A stretch of 20,000 nucleotides of DNA from Paraglomus brasilianum (lineage: Eukaryota), in assembly GCA_910592345.1 (NCBI GenBank), contig CAJVPI010000054.1:44957-64956 (forward strand), written 5' to 3'. The notes beneath the pieces were generated by a model. The model ran no database searches and was not told the DNA's origin. It saw nothing but the letters and a program-made list of their open reading frames with translations. Positions 11,093 through 20,000 of the stretch are shown piece after piece. Position 1 is the stretch's first letter; every line of letters begins with the position of its first letter. The translations under genes were made by a program, and so were the position numbers.

Positions 11093-11204
11093 TTGTTGTT
11101 GTTGTTGTTGTTGTGTTGTTACTGCTACTGTTGTTGTTGTGTTGTTACTGTTGTTGCTGTTACTTACTGTTACCCATGTTACCCATGTTACCCATGTTAC
11201 CCAT
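11093..11204. repeat. (TTG)n tract followed by a 9-bp tandem repeat (TGTTACCCA)x4 at 11168-11203
   Basis: Read directly. Confidence 0.88.
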
Positions 11205-12099
11205 CAACCAACCACCCAACAAACTAACCTCATGAGAGAGTGTGTGATGCGTAATATTATCTTATGCAAGATGATAATCAATATTTATGACAACGCATCT
11301 CTGTATACATGCAAATGTATTACTCTGCTCATGAATTGTAGGGAACGTTCATGTGAATTAGTAAAAATGGGAGAATGAAACACTTCTACGACATAAATAA
11401 TATACCATCTTTGTGTCAAAGCTTAACATGTTTAATGAGAAAATGTCCATCTATTTAGACCGGGTTGTTTTGACATTCTCTACCAACACTTGTTAAATAT
11501 GACGTTTAATCAACCACATTCTTTACTGAATGTGAATACTAGCATTGGTCGCTTTTTACTGCGTTCACAACGACAACCAATATCCCAATATCCCATATCC
11601 CATATCCCAATATAACCATAACAGTAACATAAACAATACCATTGAATATAATATATTGTATTATACAATTATACACCAGTTATACAGTTTATAAAAATCC
11701 ACTATCTCTTATACACTGTCTCAAACAAATACATGTGTCTTTATCTAATATGAATACATGGATATAAAATATACGCACATAAATACATGTAGGTGGACAT
11801 AAATTATACATACATGATTATAAATATACATACATACGTACATACAACATTCATACATACATACACACACATACGTACATACATACATGCAAATACTCGT
11901 TATATTATTATTTATATTGGCTATTGTAATAACAACAGCATCATACATCAATAATTTATACGGATAGTTTATAACGAGCAGCATATTTCTTCACACTTGA
12001 TGTCGTGCAACCGCATATATTTTGGTTTATCGTGGACACAAAGCTGAAGGCAAAAACGCAGAGTCCAAAAGTTTACTTGGCTGGGAACAACCCAGGATA

Positions 12100-12387
12100 A
12101 TGTCGACCGCCACTCTCAGCGAGCTACCTAGCCACCAAACAATGAACCCACGAAAACCCTCTATAGCAAACCTCATGAACGACAACTCAAACGACCCTCC
12201 TCCTTCTGGCCTTACAATAAACAACCTTCTCAATAACGACCCCACCTCCCACGCGTCCCACCAACCATACCATCACTCTCCTCAATATCCTCACCACCAT
12301 TCCCCCCCCATACAAAACACCCAACAATCACAACGACCAGACTACTATTCTTCCCCGAGACACCACCAACAACAGCAACAGCAGCAA

Positions 12388-12419
<32 letters not shown>

Positions 12420-15400
12420 ACAGCAACAACAACAACAGCAGCAGCAGCAACCATCTCAGCACATAAAACAAGACCCTTCATATACATCAAACGGTGTTGA
12501 TAGAGCCGCCGCTGAAGCTGCCGAAGCTAGTAATATATTGATATTATTAAGCAACCAAAACAGCCCTTCTCAATATCAACAGAGAGAAAGCGAACGTAAA
12601 ATGAGCGATGCCGAGTTAGTTGCCCCTGTCCTTGCTTCACTCTCGAATGCAGAAAGAACAAATGTATGTATACAACAACAAATATACTTGATGCCCTGAT
12701 TTGTAGTCGAATGTTGACGAGAGCGTATCGAGCCTTTGTAATTGAATGTCCATTTTCTACTCTCTATCTGAACGTTAATGTTAAATGTTATAATCGGTTT
12801 TTTTTTTTTACCATCGTCGATATTCATCTTTTCGTTACTAACTGTCTTAAACATCATTTCGTTATTGCGCGTATCCAGCGACCAAATAATACCATGTCTA
12901 TTGCCTCTCTCTTGGGTATGCATGCATCCACGACTGATTGATTTGTAATGGTCAAGAGGAGATATTAATACAATTGTCGTTTTTCCACTATTGTCATGTA
13001 GGCAACGAATCACCTAGTACAGAACAGATGCCATCGATAGTAAGTTTCGCGTCACAGAGTCCCTTTGCCTCACGCCCCATTCAGATTTCTAATAAGCCCT
13101 CTCGTCACTCACTATTTCTCAATCAGAAGAAAGAGTCGCGATACAATAGCTCGAATGATCCATATCAGGAGGGCGCAAACCAAATGATGGATTATCCTCA
13201 GTATGGAATAGAAAATGATGGTTTACCGCGAAAACCGCATAAACGACTGCCGGTAAGAAGGCATGATTGACATGATTTGATCAATCGATACATTGATATT
13301 GATTTTATATGATGCCCCCCATACTCTATCAGGGAGGTTCACCAATGTCGACAATGAATGCAAGAGTCACCCAGAAAAGCATACAAAAGCAACCGAAACG
13401 ACCGTCACCAGAAACACCAGATTATCGTAAGTAATTTGTATAAATGCATGTAATCGCTCATATATACACGTATACTCGATATATCGAATAACACGTCAAT
13501 GCTATTCATACGGTTAGCACATAGGAAAGTGCCCCGCACAGATGAAATGCCACCTCATACTGGTAAACTGTCTGAATTGATGGATCCAGCAGCGCCTGAA
13601 GATCGAAAACCAGTCGTATCACATCAAGGTATACATTAATCATTATGCTGTCGTCTACTAGTAATGGATGATATATATTTGTTACAACTTTGTTCAATTA
13701 CAGTCGATTGGGAACGATCTTCACAATACGCACATGGTCGCCAATTGTCAAGCAGTCCCATAAGCGAACCCCACGCCAACAGATATCATCCTTCGCAACC
13801 AATTCCAAAAAACTCGTCGGCATTTAATGAACCAACAAAACCAACTAAATATGGCCCGTATGATAATAGATCGCAATTGAAATCGCCACCACAAGTGCAA
13901 AATGGATATCCTAGTATTGGTAATCACGTGAGTGTTTTTAGTTGTTGTTGAATAAAAAATTTGTTTGTTCGTCATTATTAACAGGCACACACATCCATGC
14001 ACACACATCCATGCACACACATCCATGCACACACATCCATGTGAACAGCCAGACTCACTTCATCAACCACAAATGCATCAATCTCAATTACATCAAACTC
14101 AAATGCATCATCCTCAGCCTAATGGACTTTTGGGATCTAGAGAACCTAGCGCCTTTACAAATATCTTCCCCAAGAAATATCACGATATGGTATGTTACTC
14201 CATCCGCACCTAATTTTTATATCATCGTCTGGTGAATCATGGTGCTGATCTATTCCGTTCGAAACAGAAGAGCGATCCTAAGTTAAAGCGGAATGCCACT
14301 CATGCATATATCACATACATGATCTACACAAACAACCAAATGGTATCTACATTTTTCAACAGGGTGTATCTGTGAATGTCAACAGACGCTAACATGTTAC
14401 ATATTTTTGTCTCAGGAACGAATAAAAGATCCAATGCTGCCACAAGCACAGCAAATCGCTCCTCGGCAACCAATTCTGCACAATAATAATACATCGCCAG
14501 TTATTAACAATGACCACCACGTGGTTTCAGACTCTGATGGCCAAATGATCACACCTGGAATGTATGGATCGCGTGTCGAACATCCTAATTACCCAATTCC
14601 GAATCATGGATATCCTCACCCATCCGAGGTAATATAACCACAATCCTGACAATGGCTTGTTTTCATTGGTTGTTAACTGTTTTAATAACACGTGCGTACC
14701 ACTTTTAAATAGCAAATACCTCGACGATCATCAGCACCAGTACACGCAGAGACACCAACACCAATCATTTCCAATCCACGCAGTCAGGTTTATAATAATC
14801 ATCACCATCACCGCCAACCGCCGCCACCGCCGCCACTGTCAGTTAATGCTCCATCAGTCATGCAACAGCCGCCACCATCACAATCTCAATCACAACAACC
14901 ACGACATTCAATACATCCGCATCCTTCTCCGGGTCTGTTGCCAGTACAGCAGCAAGGGCCACCGCATCCTCATGCGGTGAATGCTCCAACACCTAATCGT
15001 CATTATTCTCTCCCTGACATTCGTAATCCGATGAACGATCAACCACGCCCTCCGACACTATCTCCGACTTTACGTGGTAATCCATCATCTCTTCCTCCAA
15101 TCCAACCCGGTCAAACGTCACCACTCTCCCTTCAACCGCATCATCACCATCACCATCACCACCACCAATCACATCATCCATCGCATCATCACCACCATCA
15201 TCACACATATTCACATGACCATCCAGGCGCATCTCACCAATCGCATTCTATTCATTATCCTCAGCAAAATTCATCACAGTATATGCCTTCACCAGGACAA
15301 CCAATAGGTCCTCCGGCTCCTCAACCGCCATATCGGGATTCAAAGTCGCACCCACATCAATCGTCCATGCCTCCTCAATCGCCGTCATTAAATCCATCCG

Positions 15401-15675
15401 TGTCTCGATCTTCTGCTCCTCCGGCTTATTTACCTCACATACCTCCGCAACCGGCAACCCGTCTTCCTTCGGTAAATATGCAATCGAGTGACCATAATGT
15501 ACCGAATAATTCTCTCATGATGAATCAGCCACCATTGAATAGCAGTCCCGGATATGTGGGAAATAATCATCCGCATCACATGAATATGGGGAATGTCCAA
15601 GTTCCAGTGGGTGGTGCCGGCGTACCGTTAGGACCACCGATGAATGGGCGAGTTGGACATAATGGATATTATTAA
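12100..15675 (+). CDS. Uncharacterised Q/P/H/S-rich, largely disordered protein (possible transcriptional regulator). Exons 12100-12663, 12879-12915, 13002-13039, 13127-13252, 13333-13426, 13518-13628, 13704-13927, 14049-14189, 14268-14342, 14416-14628, 14713-15675; ~861 aa
   Basis: Ten GT-AG introns join the ORF fragments into one continuous 2586-nt frame. It includes polyQ28, poly-His and Pro-rich tracts. I recognise no folded domain. Two junctions are uncertain: a possible microexon at 12707-12724 and a possibly retained intron at 13040-13126. Confidence 0.85.
12367..12450 (+). repeat. Coding CAA/CAG repeat encoding Q28
   Basis: 84 nt of mixed CAA/CAG codons, in frame. Confidence 0.95.
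13985..14041. repeat. 14-bp intronic tandem repeat (GCACACACATCCAT)x4
   Basis: Four perfect copies inside intron 13928-14048. Confidence 0.92.
15139..15222 (+). repeat. Coding CAT/CAC repeat encoding poly-His (H9-QSHHPS-H7-TYSHDH)
   Basis: In frame in the terminal exon. Confidence 0.9.
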
Positions 15676-16460
15676 CTAATTAATAGAGTGTTGGAGGAAG
15701 AAGGAAAAAAAAAAGTGTGTTATAATCGATTAGATGTGTGTTGGCGGTCATTATTATTAACAGTATTGGAAGATTGTCATTATATAATTATTTCAGTGCC
15801 CGTCTATTAGTCGATGAGTCAATCAAATTGGTGATGTCCGAGTTATGTAGTTACTCTTCTTTTCCCTGTTTGTAAGATAATTTGCTTCTCCTTTTTATTG
15901 TACAGTTTGTTTCTTTTGTCAAAAAATTTTTTTAAACTCATTTATATTCTTTAGATGAATTTCTCTAGTTCAAATTCTACGAGACGAGTAGTTGTGGGTG
16001 ATTTATTCTTAGTAGGAGAGATTTGTATCTTAGCTGTTGATCAGTGGTAATAGCTTCTTTTTTTTTCTTTTCTTTTCTTCTTTTCGGCTCCTTTTTCTAC
16101 TTTTCTTTATATTTCTTGTATGCATACACGTTCACTTTTTTTTTTTTTTTGTAAACATGAAAAAAATTTTTTTATAAAAAGAAAATTCGTTAGAATTCAC
16201 ATCGATATAAGAAGTGAGCTGGTGTACATAATCACTATATTATATTAATATATACAAAAAAAAAAAAAAGGGAAATAATTGCAACACACCACGTATCATT
16301 GAAGTTAACATTGTCACTGCAAACATCGATTCATATTGTCTGGAATCCCCGGATTTTACATCCTTGATACCAACCGCATTTTATTTTTGTTTTCAAAGCT
16401 CTATGACTATAATCACAATTAAATATAAATACAAATATGATTTATTAATACTATAGAATA

Positions 16461-17611
16461 TCACACCCGGTCCCAATGCTGCTCTTCTGGAGTCTTTTCT
16501 TTTTCCTTTCTCAATTTCTTTACGCCCTTCTTAGCATGTTTCTTGAGAAACTTCATTCCTTGCTTGCACCCACCACCGCAGCATAACATATAATACAATC
16601 TACCGCCTAATAGCAACGTAGCAAGGGTCAAGAATGCGGCACTGCACTCTGCAAGTCGAATGCCTGGGCCAGTGAATGAATCACCAATACCTGGTATCAG
16701 TCCAACCAATTCAAAAACCCATACAAACAACAATAGATCAAAGACTAGAGCAAGAACGTTCATGAATACAGCAACAAATAAAAACAGGGCGGCGATAGAT
16801 GGTAGATTGAAAAATAGTAAAACAAGAGTGATAACATTGCAGATGAGCGCAAAGAGGTATGGAACTGAGAACAATCCGGTTATTCCATTAATAGCCTTTT
16901 TTGGCTGGAAATTCTTCAAACCATCCAACAACGAAGACAACAATTTCATTGCCTTTTGCGCAGCGTCAGCAGCAGCGTTGGCAGCGTCGGTTGCTACTTG
17001 TCCGGCCTTGTTTGCACCGTCTTCAGCTGCACCAGAAACTGCTTGTCCCGCATCGGAAGCTGCTTGTCCTGCACCGGAAGCTGCACCGGAAGCTGCTTGT
17101 CCTGCACCATTTATCGCTCCGCCAACGTCTAGTCGTTTGGTGAATGATGGAATGCTAGAGTTGTTACCGACTATCTCGGATGAAGTCGGCACTGTTGTAA
17201 TAGTAATGTTGATGAACTATTAGTTACAGCGATTGCGAAAAAATAAAATAAAATATTTTTTAAATGGAAAACTTGATACTTACTCTGGTCAAACCGATAG
17301 ACCATTGACGGTTTGGTGCATTTATCATCCACACAATGGCCATACAACGTAAAGGTAATCGAAGACTTCTTTGTAATGAACCTTATCGGATCGTCGAATA
17401 CAAATTTGCTCAGGTAAACCGAGCCGCTTCCTGCGATCAATAATACAGATAACAGCAAAGTCGACAGTGCAATTAATACAGCACTGACACTTATAAGCGG
17501 GTTCTTTTTGATTGGACGAACGACTTTTCGTTGGAAGAAGGATTTCTTCTTTTTTGGTTCACGAGTCGGATCGTCTATCTCTGCCAATTTGGACATTCTT
17601 TTCTCAGACAT
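16461..17611 (-). CDS. SUR7/PalI-family (claudin-like) four-TM membrane protein. Exons 17611-17284 and 17191-16461; ~352 aa
   Basis: TM1 (LISVSAVLIALSTLLLSVLLIAG) is followed by an extracellular FTLYGHC-x4-C-TKPSMVYRFD, which resembles the SUR7/PalI GLWGYC..C..P..GY motif. Three more hydrophobic segments and a basic tail follow. The intron GTAAGT...CTAAT...CAG keeps frame. Confidence 0.8.
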
Positions 17612-17827
17612 TTTGAAGTTGTGAAAAAAAAGGTGATATGTAGGATAGAGGTATTATATGATGCGTGAATGTATGTATGTACGTATAGTATGTACGTATG
17701 TACGTATTTGTGAGTATAGCTGAGAATGCGATTAGGAATGAATCGTAAAGATAATGAATATCTGATTCAACAGGCAAGTCGCAAGAATGTCCACAGCCCG
17801 CTGTGTGCCTATATCTGTAAGTTAAAG

Positions 17828-17859
17828 AGATTGGATTTCAACCAGTCGAAATCCAATCT
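17828..17859. promoter_or_regulatory. Perfect 12-bp inverted repeat (AGATTGGATTTC-N8-GAAATCCAATCT) upstream of the SUR7/PalI-like gene
   Basis: The arms at 17828-17839 and 17848-17859 are exact reverse complements, and each carries a CCAAT box. Function is inferred only. Confidence 0.5.
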
Positions 17860-19870
17860 GAAAGAAAGTCTTGTAGATTGATCGCAACCGCGAAAGGGGG
17901 AGTAGAGAATGTGGATGAAGAAGATTTCCTTGGTGTTCAACACAGGAAAAAACCCCATCCTGCTAATTGCGCAAGCGTATTTAAGGTAATTGGTTTTTCG
18001 AGTCAAATGTTCTTGTTGTCTAATTACGAAATACAAACCATTGGTTGTCTATTGATGGTATTGTCTATAGAATGCATTGTCACAGAAGGCTGACTTGTAA
18101 CAGCTTGGTGTTTGAAAACATAATCCTAAATGCATAATAGAACAAAGATAAAGAATTGGGTATTTTTAATATATAACCCAAAATTATTTCGGGCATGGCT
18201 GAATGCTGTGTCAGGGTAGAGATGCGGAGATGCGGGTAACAATCATTGATATCCGAGTTTGGCCAGCTTTGTTTATCGGGATGGATGGTCCTGTATCACG
18301 CCATAAGAATTAAAGTCAACAAATCCAAACAAGGATTGTGGATATTAATAGTGAAAAAACTGATGTTGTGTCCAGACACAACAAAAACTGGCCTCTTTAT
18401 TAGTGGACGATAGAAGCGGGTGGGTTAGTGGTTCTTTGTCTTGCTAAATTTGCCTTCTTTGATTTCTGAAAAGGAAAAATGCAAATGAGGAATCGTAATG
18501 AGAAGAATAGGAAGATGATGGCAGTAATAATAATAATAAACGACATCATTAGTCCCCAGACTTGGCGCCTTCAAACTGGCGCAGTAAATCATCAAGTCGA
18601 CAGTTATAAGAATTGTTGTACGTAAACATTCGGACAACGTAAAACTGTTACGAGCAAGTGCGTCGTAATATCATTTTGCCATTGCATAATACCCCAAATA
18701 CACATCAAAAACAAGTTAAGTAATTGTGGCACATGTTGACTTTGTTCTTGTTATACGTTTCAGTATTGTTTGGCCTTGTACAGAGACATACTAAAAAAGG
18801 AGACGTATGAACATTTTCTTTATGTGTTTGACATTGGTTTTATTTTTATCAGAATGTTGCGATGTGCTTGACTTTTGCGTTCGGATAGACCAAGTGAAGA
18901 GCGCAAGGGGTTCGAGAAAGAAGAGTGATCCTGTAGGATCATTGTCGTCGATAATCCTGACATAATATCAGTCGCTGTATAAAAAGATAAAAGGTAATAT
19001 CATTAGTCGATTTAGTCCATATTAGTGTCACAGAATTCGGGCTTTGCAAAGCTTTCGGCATTTGCATACATTAATGTGCGTACATATGCATTTTCCTTAA
19101 AATACAATTTAGATGCTTGTTCAGGTTTATTTACTGATTAACCAAATTGGGCATCGGGTCGGGTTTTTCACTTTAACCATATTTTGCAAATGACACATTC
19201 ATGTTGGTCACTCTCTGAATATAGCTCCACAGAAGGATTTCGTAAAGCGATCGGCAATACAATAGATTGGGCTGCGGCTGCGGCTGCTGCCACTGAAATT
19301 CCGCTACTCCCAGCATTCTACGAAATAAGATGCGTGGTTTGTAATTTACGGTGCCATTCCGATACGCGCCCTCTTATCCATTGGTCGCTCTGGCAGATTT
19401 TTCTTTTCTAGTAAGATAGCCTGCTACTTGCCAAGGTTTTAAGAGGGAATTTTTACCCGAACAAGGGTCAAAGATTAGATTGTTCGGCTATTTCGGATCG
19501 TAAACGACTCGAGTTGGATTATCGGTATATGGTGGCAATTGTGGAATGTCACATGATCAAAGTAGTAATCATGCCAACTTGCAACCTAATTTGATAATTA
19601 CAATGCCTTATGAATAAATGGGGCAGACTGCAACAAAACCAGGCAAAGTGAACATTTGATCATGTGATAATGAGCTAAAAGAGGCTAATGTGGCTGGAAA
19701 TCAACTAATTTAGTGGGTAACATTTTTATATCTGTGGCTTATGCTCAAATCCAGACTATTTTTTCAAGTGTCATTTTAGTCCTATTTCTATGTTATTATT
19801 ATAAGCAAGCAACTAGTATTCATGTATAAAAGCAAGATGAATTCACTTTCACCGAAACAAATACAGTCAG

Positions 19871-19917
19871 ACCTCTCTAAATGCAACCTCTCTTAATGCA
19901 ACTTTTCTCTAAATGCA
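19871..19917. repeat. ~15-bp tandem repeat (ACCTCTCTAAATGCA)x3, imperfect
   Basis: acctctctaaatgca acctctcttaatgca acttttctctaaatgca. Confidence 0.8.
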
Positions 19918-20000
19918 CAGCATTTGCTTGGTCCCATGATGGGACTTAAGAGATAAGTGCACATTCTATGTTCTGCAATTGCAAGCTTTCTTTCGGCCCT

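Noticed and set aside
11168..11204. (TGTTACCCA)4 as an interstitial telomeric repeat
   Set aside because: The unit does not match TTAGGG/CCCTAA; an ordinary minisatellite.
11061..11378. 105-aa Cys/Leu-rich ORF that looks like a signal peptide
   Set aside because: Produced by the (TTG)n and (TGTTACCCA)4 repeats; TTG start.
13981..13984. Alternative acceptor ACAG just before the 14-bp intronic repeat
   Set aside because: Using it puts the downstream exon out of frame; the acceptor at 14048 keeps frame.
16660..17223. 187-aa plus-strand ORF with PEAACPA repeats
   Set aside because: Antisense mirror of the tetraspanner's repeat-containing exon 2.
18895..18920. GGTTCGA as a tRNA T-loop
   Set aside because: No T-stem pairing, A-box or cloverleaf around it.

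Overview
AT-rich, intron-containing eukaryotic DNA. Short GT-AG introns, many microsatellites and the gene content suggest an early-diverging fungus, probably Mucorales; this is an inference. I rebuilt five protein-coding genes by hand from splice sites and reading frame. (1) An intronless CINP/C1orf109-like helical protein (136-783, -). (2) Head-to-head with it, an 8-exon family-1 uracil-DNA glycosylase (1044-2616, +, ~349 aa) with an acidic tail; the ~260-bp shared promoter has E2F/SCB- and MCB-type sites. (3) A 5-exon universal stress protein (3282-4465, -, ~203 aa) that the ORF track mostly misses. (4) After ~7.6 kb of repeat-rich non-coding DNA, an 11-exon, ~861-aa Q/P/H/S-rich disordered protein with no recognisable domain (12100-15675, +). 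(5) A 2-exon SUR7/PalI-like four-TM protein (16461-17611, -, ~352 aa) with an Ala/Gly repeat insert after a KR site. I found no RNA genes, CRISPR arrays or clear transposons. Family calls come from motifs recognised by eye, not from database searches.
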